A stretch of DNA of 63,176 nt, from NCBI GenBank assembly GCA_964547525.1, contig CAZJOD010000003.1, positions 1 to 63,176 on the forward strand. Reading direction: 5' to 3'. Source of the DNA: an uncultured Clostridiaceae bacterium. GTDB taxonomy: Bacteria; Bacillota; Clostridia; JAAYHZ01. Positions 1 to 8,778 of the stretch are shown piece after piece. The notes under the pieces are model-generated. The model saw only the letters and a list, made by a program, of their open reading frames with translations, had not been told where the DNA came from and did no database searches. The position numbers and the translations under genes were made by a program. The stretch's first letter is position 1, and each line of letters begins with the position of its first letter.

Positions 1-37
1 CAATCATAGCTACAGATATGAAAATATTCTTGTTCAT
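1..37 (-). CDS. 5' end of an unidentified gene running off the left edge. N-terminus reads MNKNIFISVAMI and looks like a signal peptide.
   Basis: Minus-strand AGGAGGT (44-50) lies 7 nt upstream of the ATG at 37-35. An alternative ATG is at 41. Only 12 codons are visible. Confidence 0.3.
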   Translation of the reverse strand, partial: MNKNIFISVAMI

Positions 38-213
38 TCATCTACCTCCTCTCATGCCAATCAATATATACAGCATGACACTTCCATTTGTTGAAAAAAG
101 CTTTACCTCCACACAACCATATATACCATATTCTCGCACCTCTATAAATCAAACATAACATACTATACTCTCATGTGACTCTCTCCTTAATCACATATCA
201 CTCTCAAAATATA

Positions 214-246
214 AACGCCCATGAAGTCATTTCATGGGCGTTTTGC
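214..246 (-). terminator. Rho-independent terminator (bidirectional hairpin) downstream of the beta-helix gene
   Basis: Perfect inverted repeat aacgcccatgaa / ttcatgggcgtt with a 5-nt loop. T-rich runs flank it on both strands. It lies 26 nt after the stop at 272. Confidence 0.6.
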
Positions 247-271
247 TCTTTATTATGTTTTTTTATAATTT

Positions 272-2785
272 TTACGGTACTATAACCGCGCTTTCCATCG
301 CATTAAATATGTTATTGCGAATGCTGAATTTTTCTTTTTCAGCGTCATTCGCACCGTATAGCTTGGCGGCATTAAACTTTTCCAATGGATAATACACAAT
401 ATTGTTGTAAAAATCCTGCAATTCGGTCGGAATACCACGAATCCAATATGGATGCTGATCTGATAAAAATACATTGTTATGCATTAGAATAAGCTCTCCG
501 GCTATATTTGTTCCGTCGTTTCTGTCACGACCACCGTGTACATCGAAACAGTGACTTAAAGATGTACCCAGCTGAAGGTTGTGCCTTGCCACATATCCGG
601 AATTCGGTGCTCCTGTAGCGGCTAAATCATGCCGGTTTGCATTTAGTAAGTTATATTCAATTACCGAATATGCCGTTCCGTGTGTTACACAATAACCTAA
701 ACCATGTCTTTGGTTATGATGCATATAATTATGATGAAAGTGATGCCCGGTACCATTCGGTACATATATGGCAGCATGAGAGAATCCGGACAACTCACAG
801 TTATCTATAGTCAGGTTGGAACTGTTACAATAAATCCCGTTTATAGTTTTTAAAAGATAAAAATAGGTCGACCCCGGTGCGTTCGTACCGGAAAATGCTC
901 GGGCATGATGATCCATTCTTCTTTCCCAATCCGCACCTCGTAATGTTAACCCGGTTATGCGAACATTTCCTCGCGCGGTAAACATAGGTGATACGAAAGC
1001 ATCGCTATATATTAAAGCCCCCGGAGAATTATTATATCCGCGATCGGATGCCAAAGTTACTCCTTCAGGTATAATGAGTGATGCTGTAATAGTAGTCAAG
1101 TCGATGACAGCGTCCCCTTTAACAAAAATCACTTCTCCGCTTTTAGCATACATCAACGCTTGTATAAGCTCTTTTGAAGTTTCTACTATGTAATCACCCG
1201 TTGTAATGATATCCTTATATCCGTTTCCTCCGCCTAACGGATTATCATCAACAATGACGCCGTAAATATCACCGTTCATTTCGACATAAGGTTTATCCAG
1301 GTATTCATATGCTTGTTCTTCAAATTGTTCAATTGTACGTATTGCTTTATGTAGAACATCAGTTAATTTAACATTCTCATCTTTATTATCCATTGCAATA
1401 TAGGCATCCCGTACCATACCATATACTTTGACAACATCCCCGAAAAACAACCGACTCATTATATTTGTCGTTTTCATTTCCGCAGTATGTAATGATAAAT
1501 AATCAATCTTTTCTTCATCGGTTTTTATCTTCTCCAACAATCCATAAGCATTGTTTTCAAATACAACAACATACAAAAACTCCGATTCTTCCCCGTAAAA
1601 ATATGAATTATCATACTCATCGAGTGCAAGCCCAAAATAATTATCGGCAATGGTAATACCATTTTGGGGAATGACCGTTACTTTGACAGGTGATGTGTCG
1701 TTAAAGAATGTATTGTTTTTTATAATCAAGCTGTCACCTGAAGAAATTTCCTTCCCTTTTTTCAATTCATTCATTTGTATGGCATGATCAAGGCATGTTC
1801 CCATTTCAACATTATTCGTTACTTCCATTGAACAATTTTTAGCGCCTGATCCGAGTACTGAAATTCTATTATAATTAAATAAATTCGAATCAATTACCAC
1901 GCTGGCATCATCAACAAATATTCCATATCCGGATTGCAGGGAGCGGTTATGGTGAATATAGTTATGGCTTATTACATGATTTTCTCCGGTTAAGATCTCA
2001 ACCGAAGCAAAAGCAAAACCGGATACTTCGCAATTTTCCATCTTGAAACCGGATCCTACTACAGATACACCCGCTCCTTTACTTGGAATCGGGTACTTTC
2101 TTTCGTTGGGATCACCTCCTTGAATAACTACACCGGATATGGTTACATTTGCAGCAGCTTCAATTAAAGGCTTTGATCTCACAGCCGTTGTAAAAATGAT
2201 TCCGCCCAAAGATCCGTCAACTCCCCTATCCGATGCGAGCGTTACACCTTCGTTTAATACCATTGTATAGTTTTCTGCGATAGTAAGTGAAGTCATATCG
2301 ATTTTAGAACCGTTTTCTATCCATATAACATCACCCGACTTGGCCTGTGCCGCTGCCGCTTTCAACTGATCCGCATTATTAACCGTATATGTATATTCAC
2401 CTTTTATAATCGGATATCCGTGACCACCTCCAATAGGCAAACCAAGTTCGTTTTTAACAGCACCGACAGTACGGCCTTTCAATTTTGTGTTGATCATATG
2501 AGAATTATTAAAATATAAGTCCGATAGCTGCATCTTATGCATCAAATCTTCTAATGCCGATATAATTTCATCATCGGACATTAATTCGTTTTCGGAGGAA
2601 TATAAAATTACCTCCAACATTCTATGTATATCATATTGATCCATATACATAGATGCAGAAACAACAGGATCAAAAGGCACCTCCCTATCCTCCGGTGAAC
2701 ACGCCGACACCATAATAAATAGCTGAATCGATAGAATAAACATAAGTACACATTTAATAACTCGTTTGATTTTCGATAAATTCAT
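272..2785 (-). CDS. Secreted/lipoprotein with two tandem right-handed parallel beta-helix (pectate-lyase-fold) modules
   Basis: The track ORF is 272..2800. I moved the start to the second ATG (2785), which has AAAGGAAG 5 nt upstream. There is a signal peptide with a lipobox-like VSAC. HNYIHHNR and HHNYMHHNQRHG motifs are typical of PbH1 beta-helix repeats. The two halves of the protein align with each other. Confidence 0.7.
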   Translation of the reverse strand: MNLSKIKRVIKCVLMFILSIQLFIMVSACSPEDREVPFDPVVSASMYMDQYDIHRMLEVILYSSENELMSDDEIISALEDLMHKMQLSDLYFNNSHMINTKLKGRTVGAVKNELGLPIGGGHGYPIIKGEYTYTVNNADQLKAAAAQAKSGDVIWIENGSKIDMTSLTIAENYTMVLNEGVTLASDRGVDGSLGGIIFTTAVRSKPLIEAAANVTISGVVIQGGDPNERKYPIPSKGAGVSVVGSGFKMENCEVSGFAFASVEILTGENHVISHNYIHHNRSLQSGYGIFVDDASVVIDSNLFNYNRISVLGSGAKNCSMEVTNNVEMGTCLDHAIQMNELKKGKEISSGDSLIIKNNTFFNDTSPVKVTVIPQNGITIADNYFGLALDEYDNSYFYGEESEFLYVVVFENNAYGLLEKIKTDEEKIDYLSLHTAEMKTTNIMSRLFFGDVVKVYGMVRDAYIAMDNKDENVKLTDVLHKAIRTIEQFEEQAYEYLDKPYVEMNGDIYGVIVDDNPLGGGNGYKDIITTGDYIVETSKELIQALMYAKSGEVIFVKGDAVIDLTTITASLIIPEGVTLASDRGYNNSPGALIYSDAFVSPMFTARGNVRITGLTLRGADWERRMDHHARAFSGTNAPGSTYFYLLKTINGIYCNSSNLTIDNCELSGFSHAAIYVPNGTGHHFHHNYMHHNQRHGLGYCVTHGTAYSVIEYNLLNANRHDLAATGAPNSGYVARHNLQLGTSLSHCFDVHGGRDRNDGTNIAGELILMHNNVFLSDQHPYWIRGIPTELQDFYNNIVYYPLEKFNAAKLYGANDAEKEKFSIRNNIFNAMESAVIVP

Positions 2786-2890
2786 GATACTTCCTTTCAT
2801 AAAAATTTATTTAATCGCAGGATCAAAAGATAAATATCATTTAAGCCTACGTCAAAAAACAATTATCAGTAGATATAGTAAATATATAAT

Positions 2891-4639
2891 TCAATTCCCG
2901 GTATCTATATAAAAAAACCATGTTCGTGCCGGTGCGAAAACATCGGAATATGTTTCGTCCACACGGCGTTCTGTAAATGTACCGACAATTTTATCATCGT
3001 CACTTATATACCTACAACCACCTACAGCATATATATCGTATTCGAAGGGATCACTTATGGCATGATCTGTCCAAGTAAGTCCGTTATCCATACTTTTTAA
3101 ACATACAAGCCGGTTTTCACAACGGCCTACATAAAACAAAGGCGATTTTTGACGTTTTGTGCTATGTGAAAAAAAACCGTCCGCTCCCCAAACCGATATA
3201 TATCGTCCGCGAAAAGTGGAGTTGATGTCAATATCTTTCCTTCCGGTTGAACTATCATATCGCATGTAATGTTCAGTGGAGAATATACCCGGTCCGTATA
3301 TCTTATTCGGGTCGTCAAGTACAGGATTGTACAAAAAGTGTATTTTATGATCTTTAACAGTAAAATTAGACAACCATGTTTGCATATTGAACTCATTATC
3401 GGTTGTAATACGATCCGACAAGCCGGTATCGTCGGCAAAAACCGGTGTTTGTACTGTTGTTCCGTTCATTTTACGCCATACATGTCCTCCGTCATCAGAA
3501 GCTAAATATTGAATACTCCAATACAGATATGCTTTTTTCGGGTTTTCTGTAGTCCATGCCGCATGAATAGTACCGTCTTTATCCACAAAAAGCTGTGGAT
3601 ATTCTACTTTTGCATTTTGACCTGTTATGTACAGATTAGTTGTATAAAGTGTTTCTCCATTTAAATCCAGTGCGGTAAACGGATTATTCATACGAACATA
3701 TTCTTCGTTATCTTTTGTTTGCTCATAGGGCAACGCCGTGCTCGGGTTCCTGACCAAACTCGATAGATAATACAGACGTTTTCTAACAGCGTCATACGCA
3801 GCACAAAATTTACCCGCCGCACTATTTTTTATTACGGTTTTTTTAGGATATTTATAACCGTTATCAGCTTTCCAAATCATTAAATAAGAATGCCCGTCAA
3901 GAAAATTCGGATAAAAGGCATAAATGTTTGCATTTTCGTCAGTTTCAAGGCACGGTGGATTTGTTGGATCGGTTGACTCATACAATAACTCAAATGTTTC
4001 ACCAAAATCTTGTGTAACCTCTAAGCGCCAAGTCTGAGCGGTGTATTTATCGTTTCTTGATTTTAGATACGACACAAACACTCCGTTTTTATTGTAAACA
4101 ACTTTTTGATTATGACTTTGAAAAGTACTGAAAGGGGTGGTCTTTGTATCAATCATATGTAAAACGGGTTTAAAATCTATACCGGAATTATACGGCGGGT
4201 CGGGGAATAAAAAACGACCGTTTAAAAATTGTCCTGTGTAAATCCGGCTTCCTTTGCTATCAAATAATGTACCAATGCCATGATACCTGCCATTTAAAAA
4301 TTCACCTTCATAACGGACGGTTTTCCCGTCGTGATCAAAGATTCTACCGTATCCGTCAAACTGATCACCTTTATACAATCCTTCATATTTTAAAGGACCG
4401 TTTCTTTGACTTCGAATGAATTCACCGTTTTCAAAACGTCCTTGAAACCGAATTGTCGCATCCTGGCGATATAGCTTGCCATCCCCGTGAAATACACCGT
4501 TTTTCCACATGCCCGAATATTCTAGAACACCGTTTTCATAATATGAACGTCCGAAGCCTTCAGGCATTTTATTGTGCACTTCACCTGTGTACTTTAAACT
4601 TCCATTTTCATAGAACAGTTGCACAGATTCATGTTCCAT
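2891..4639 (-). CDS. MORN-repeat protein fused to a BNR/Asp-box (sialidase-like) beta-propeller domain
   Basis: The N-terminus carries YxGxxxxGxxxGxG MORN units (YTGEVHNKMPEGFG, YSGMWKNGVFHGDG, YEGLYKGDQFDGYG, YEGEFLNGRYHGIG). The C-terminal half has Asp-box motifs SDDGGHVW and SMDNGLTW. An AAGGAGAG RBS lies upstream of the ATG. Confidence 0.65.
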   Translation of the reverse strand: MEHESVQLFYENGSLKYTGEVHNKMPEGFGRSYYENGVLEYSGMWKNGVFHGDGKLYRQDATIRFQGRFENGEFIRSQRNGPLKYEGLYKGDQFDGYGRIFDHDGKTVRYEGEFLNGRYHGIGTLFDSKGSRIYTGQFLNGRFLFPDPPYNSGIDFKPVLHMIDTKTTPFSTFQSHNQKVVYNKNGVFVSYLKSRNDKYTAQTWRLEVTQDFGETFELLYESTDPTNPPCLETDENANIYAFYPNFLDGHSYLMIWKADNGYKYPKKTVIKNSAAGKFCAAYDAVRKRLYYLSSLVRNPSTALPYEQTKDNEEYVRMNNPFTALDLNGETLYTTNLYITGQNAKVEYPQLFVDKDGTIHAAWTTENPKKAYLYWSIQYLASDDGGHVWRKMNGTTVQTPVFADDTGLSDRITTDNEFNMQTWLSNFTVKDHKIHFLYNPVLDDPNKIYGPGIFSTEHYMRYDSSTGRKDIDINSTFRGRYISVWGADGFFSHSTKRQKSPLFYVGRCENRLVCLKSMDNGLTWTDHAISDPFEYDIYAVGGCRYISDDDKIVGTFTERRVDETYSDVFAPARTWFFYIDTGN

Positions 4640-4682
4640 AGGATTTATCTCTCCTTAGTCCGGATTTTGTATCACTTCTATT

Positions 4683-5288
4683 TTACAAATATCTATATAA
4701 CCAACCTGCTATAAACGCTCCTTGCAGAGCTCTAACCTGTTCTATAAAGTGGACACCGTCTTTTGAAAGAGGTTCACCAATGTTTATTTTTGATGTAAAT
4801 GTGTAAAGATCAATTATATCTATATTGTTTTCTTTCATAATCTTTTCTGCGGATTTATTGAACATTATTACATCATCATTGAATCTGTCAAAAGGTTTTT
4901 TTTCAGTATGCAGCTTTCCGTCAACCGGAGTAGTACTAACCCATACCGGTTTATTTTTTGTTTTATTTATAAGCTCAATGGATTTATATAAATTTTCTTC
5001 ATATTCGGGAATGTTTATATGTTGTTTTTGAGTCTCCCGGTCTCTTCTTAAATCATGCAATCCACAATTTAAAAGCAAAACATCGGCATCTACCATATGA
5101 ATATATTGTGATAAATATTCCACTATTCTTCTACTGTCTCCACCGTTTCCACCTACAGGCTTATCTAAATCTTCCAGAGCCTCATCCCCTCTTTTTCTGT
5201 CATACATAAACACACCTTCGGTATATTGCTTTAAGTACGGTCCGTAATGGATTGAGATGCTATCACCTAAAACGAATATTTTTTTCAA
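4683..5288 (-). CDS. SGNH/GDSL-family hydrolase
   Basis: Motifs VLGDSIS (block I), NCGLHD and DGVHF (block V DxxH) are present. I moved the start to the TTG at 5288, which is preceded by AGGAGGG at 7-nt spacing. The track ORF starts at a GTG at 5312 with no RBS. Confidence 0.7.
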   Translation of the reverse strand: MKKIFVLGDSISIHYGPYLKQYTEGVFMYDRKRGDEALEDLDKPVGGNGGDSRRIVEYLSQYIHMVDADVLLLNCGLHDLRRDRETQKQHINIPEYEENLYKSIELINKTKNKPVWVSTTPVDGKLHTEKKPFDRFNDDVIMFNKSAEKIMKENNIDIIDLYTFTSKINIGEPLSKDGVHFIEQVRALQGAFIAGWLYRYL

Positions 5289-5420
5289 ATCAAAACCCTC
5301 CTGAATTATCACTAATATAAAATTATTATATCAAGCTCTTCTGCATAAATATATAGATTAAAAAACCTAAACTTAATATCACGTATTAATAGCTAATACT
5401 TCGATTTCTTATAGCTTAAC

Positions 5421-6572
5421 CTAATTTCCAAAAACCTCTTGAGCTCTTCTCATATTTTCTATTATTTTTACTGCAAACGGGCAATTGGATTCACAAGTAC
5501 CACATTCTATACAATCCGACGCATGAGTAGCTAATGCCATATAATGTTCTACCACAGAAGCGGGAACTATCTCGTCAATTGTGGCCAAATCAAGGTATTT
5601 GGTAACCGATGCGATATTAATGTTTGAAGGACACGGCAAACAATGATTACAATACATACATTTACCAGTCATAGAGTATTTCGGAGTTTGGCTCAAAATT
5701 AACGTATAATCTTTTTCTCCATCTGTAACTTTAGCATAATTCACAGCTTCTAGAACCTGTTCCAAAGTTTTGCAACCGATTAATACACTTTTTACTCCGG
5801 GACGGTTTAAGGCGTAATGTATACATTGATGTACCGTCATCGCTTTCCCGAAAGGAGAAGTTTTAGCATTTAACAGTTGCCCGGCAGCTAAGGATTTCAT
5901 AGTAGTTATTCCGATATCCATCCTTTCACATGTCGAATATAGTTCATTTCTTATAGGGTCGATTCCGAGAAGTCTATCATTGCTATATGTATCTTTTTTG
6001 AAATAAACATCTATTTGTGTGTTTTGTGGAAGCAGATCGTAGGCCGGATTTACACTAAACATCAGAACATCGATAAAACCTGTTTTTATAGCTTTTATAG
6101 CTGTTGCAGGTTCATGAGAACTTAATCCTACAGCTTTAATTATTCCTTGTTCCTTTAGTTTGACTGCATATTCGATAATATCGGAATTAAAAACAATGTC
6201 AAAATCTTCAGGTGTATCTACAAAATGAATCATACCGATATCTACATAATCGGTTTTTAAACGTTTAAGAAAGTCTTCGAAAAATACTTGATTTTGTTTA
6301 ATATCTCTTGACCTTTTATATTGCCCCTTTTCAAATATCGAACCGATGTGCCCTTGAAGGATCACATTATCTCGTATTCCCGTCAAAGCTTTACCTATAT
6401 TACTTCTGACATTAGGTTCAGACATAAATACATCAAAGATGTTTATACCGCACTCTATAGCAGTTTTAACAACACTATCAATTATTTGATAATCTTTTCC
6501 TTCTAAATGTTCGCAACCTAAACCGACTACACTTACTTTTAATCCGCACCTGCCCAAACTTTCATATATCAT
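5421..6572 (-). CDS. Aldo/keto reductase with a C-terminal 2x[4Fe-4S] ferredoxin-type domain
   Basis: The N-terminus MIYESLGRCGLKVSVVGLG is AKR-like. Two CxxCxxCxxxCP clusters are present (CMYCNHCLPCP, CIECGTCESNCP). The start is set at the internal ATG 6572, which has AAGGAGA 6 nt upstream. The track ORF extends to 6632. Confidence 0.75.
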   Translation of the reverse strand: MIYESLGRCGLKVSVVGLGCEHLEGKDYQIIDSVVKTAIECGINIFDVFMSEPNVRSNIGKALTGIRDNVILQGHIGSIFEKGQYKRSRDIKQNQVFFEDFLKRLKTDYVDIGMIHFVDTPEDFDIVFNSDIIEYAVKLKEQGIIKAVGLSSHEPATAIKAIKTGFIDVLMFSVNPAYDLLPQNTQIDVYFKKDTYSNDRLLGIDPIRNELYSTCERMDIGITTMKSLAAGQLLNAKTSPFGKAMTVHQCIHYALNRPGVKSVLIGCKTLEQVLEAVNYAKVTDGEKDYTLILSQTPKYSMTGKCMYCNHCLPCPSNINIASVTKYLDLATIDEIVPASVVEHYMALATHASDCIECGTCESNCPFAVKIIENMRRAQEVFGN

Positions 6573-6885
6573 AACCGGTCTCCTTGCAATATTTTGTGTC
6601 CGTTCATAAATATACTCTACCGGTTTTTCCATTCCGGTTCAACAATTAGGGGAAATAAGTTTTTATTAAATCTCATATATTACTTCTTGCATATCTTGTA
6701 TAAATTTATCATTTCGTGTTTAATCCTCTCATATAGTTCATAGTACATATACTTATATCAAGCTTCCATAAACCTTTCATATGTACTACCATCATTTATA
6801 TATCACATAATTTAACATGTGAATATGTGCACTGTAAAAAATGATCAACATATTGTGAACAGATTTATAAAGCTATTAAGAAACT

Positions 6886-6919
6886 AAAAAACGGTTGAAT
6901 ATAAGCCAACCGTTTTTTC
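6886..6919 (-). terminator. Rho-independent terminator after the beta-eliminating lyase gene (bidirectional)
   Basis: aaaaacggttg / caaccgttttt inverted repeat with a 9-nt loop. A/T runs lie on both sides. It is 14 nt downstream of the stop at 6933. Confidence 0.65.
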
Positions 6920-6932
6920 TCAATTTCTAATC

Positions 6933-8381
6933 TTATAAACTATCTCCGAAGTCCTTTTTGAACTTTTCAACCAGATCGGCTTGCCAGTTGGAAACTGTGA
7001 CAAGCTTACCAAAAAAGAACCGCAAAAGCTTAGGTTCGTCTACAAAAGTCAATCCACCAATTAGCTTACGGTTTTCGTAAAGCCATGCGATACGATCAAT
7101 AGCGTAATTAATTTGAGAAAGGGTGAATACACGGCGAGGTACAGCTAACCGCAATAGCTCCATATTTGCATATGTTTCGTTTCCGTTTTCATCTCTTTGC
7201 TCTGACAATGTACCCCTTTCCATTCCCCTGACACCGCTTACTATATAAAGTGCGGCCGCAAGTGCTCCGGCAGGATATTGATTCTGCGGAATATGGCTTA
7301 AAAAATCCATTGCGTTAACATGGCAACCCAAACCGCCTGCAGGGATTACTACCGGTACACCTTTTTTAATGAGTTCATCAGCCATATATTTGATAAACTG
7401 AGGTCCTTGGCTTATCATATCCATATCCATGGTCTCTTCTATGCCCACAGTCATCGCTTCTATTTCGCGAACAGACATTCCACCATATGTAAGGAAGCCT
7501 TCGTAAAGAGTAACAAGTTCTCGTAGTTTCATATATACATCTTCTCTATTGGTGCAGATACCACCACCACGTGCACAACCTAGTTTTCGACCGGAAAAAT
7601 ATATTATATCGGAAAGATCGGACATGGCACGGGTAATTTCTCTGATACTCTTATTTTTGCAGCAGTCTTCTCGCGTTTTCATAAAGTAAAGGTTATCAGC
7701 CAGCAGACTTGCATCTAAAACAACCATAATATCGTTACTTTTACATACTTCGTATACTTCCTCCATATTTTGAAGAGAAATAGGTTGGCCACCTATTAAG
7801 TTTGTCCCCGCTTCGAATCTTACAAAGGCGATTTTTTCCGCACCATGTGTTTTTATCAAGTCCTTAAGTTTGGATACATCCATATTACCTTTAAACGGGT
7901 AATCACTTTCTATTTTTAAACCTTCGTCTATTATTATCTCCTCAACTTTGCCTCCGTTTAAGACTATATGTGCTTTGGTTGTAGTGAAATGATAATTCAT
8001 TGGGACGATATCACCTTGTTTTATATAAACTTTGGAAAGCATATTTTCACATGCCCTGCCTTGATGAGCCGGAAGAAAATACTTTTTCCCAAAAATTTCA
8101 TTAATTTTATTCTCCAGCTTATAAAATGTTTCAGATCCCGCATAACTGTCATCAGATTCCATCATGGCTGACAACTGTTTGTCACTCATGGCGTTTACTC
8201 CGCTATCTGTAAGCATGTCCATAAACACATCCCGGTTTTTTAAAAGAAAAGTATTGTTACCTGCTGCGGTCATGGCGGCTAGGCGTTGTTCTATGGGAAT
8301 AAGATTTAATTTTTGAACTATTCGTACCTTATGCATTTCAAGAGGAACATTTCCTCCGTAAAAAAATTTTACCTCAGACAT
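6933..8381 (-). CDS. Beta-eliminating lyase of the tryptophanase / tyrosine phenol-lyase family (more TPL-like by eye)
   Basis: The protein aligns end to end with TnaA/TPL as I remember them: FLLKNRDVFMDMLTDSGVNAMSDKQ, DDSYAGSETFYKLE, NYHFTTTK, GGQPISL, PLP-lysine region FSGRKLG, RLAVPRRV and EPKLLRFF. An AAGGAG RBS is present. Confidence 0.85.
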   Translation of the reverse strand: MSEVKFFYGGNVPLEMHKVRIVQKLNLIPIEQRLAAMTAAGNNTFLLKNRDVFMDMLTDSGVNAMSDKQLSAMMESDDSYAGSETFYKLENKINEIFGKKYFLPAHQGRACENMLSKVYIKQGDIVPMNYHFTTTKAHIVLNGGKVEEIIIDEGLKIESDYPFKGNMDVSKLKDLIKTHGAEKIAFVRFEAGTNLIGGQPISLQNMEEVYEVCKSNDIMVVLDASLLADNLYFMKTREDCCKNKSIREITRAMSDLSDIIYFSGRKLGCARGGGICTNREDVYMKLRELVTLYEGFLTYGGMSVREIEAMTVGIEETMDMDMISQGPQFIKYMADELIKKGVPVVIPAGGLGCHVNAMDFLSHIPQNQYPAGALAAALYIVSGVRGMERGTLSEQRDENGNETYANMELLRLAVPRRVFTLSQINYAIDRIAWLYENRKLIGGLTFVDEPKLLRFFFGKLVTVSNWQADLVEKFKKDFGDSL

Positions 8382-8457
8382 CTTTGTGACTCCTTTTTGT
8401 TACATTATTTTAAGGACGTTATTTAATTAAAAATATTTTTATATAAAAACTCGTTGA

Positions 8458-8513
8458 CATTAACCACATTAACCATATATTTTCATATACTGTCATGGTT
8501 AAATACGGTTAAT
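8458..8513 (-). promoter_or_regulatory. Candidate operator array: four TTAACC half-sites (two direct, two inverted) upstream of the lyase gene
   Basis: The sequence reads CATTAACCA CATTAACCA - 20 nt - TGGTTAAAT - 2 nt - GGTTAAT. It lies 77-132 nt upstream of the start codon at 8381. Confidence 0.25.
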
Positions 8514-8778
8514 AAATATCCGGTTTTCAACAAAAAAAAACATCCGTGCAGGATATTAAGTAAGATATATTAATATAAACCGATTGATATATATATTTCC
8601 GGTTATATACACCAATCCGGTTTTATATGCATTTATAAGATTCTACCGTAATACCATGCTGCTTTTTAATTATACAATAAGCAACCGTTCTTTTCAATAG
8701 ATATTAATAATTTAAGAATTTTTCCATGCTAAACCATGCTAAAAAATCAAATCACCATGTTACTGTTAATATACCTTA

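Noticed and set aside
8454-8481. Plus-strand TTGACA-16 nt-TATATT promoter-like element
   Set aside because: It points toward the 3' end of the convergent sulP gene, with no plus-strand gene downstream. Such hexamers are expected by chance in AT-rich intergenic DNA. The overlapping TTAACC array is reported instead.
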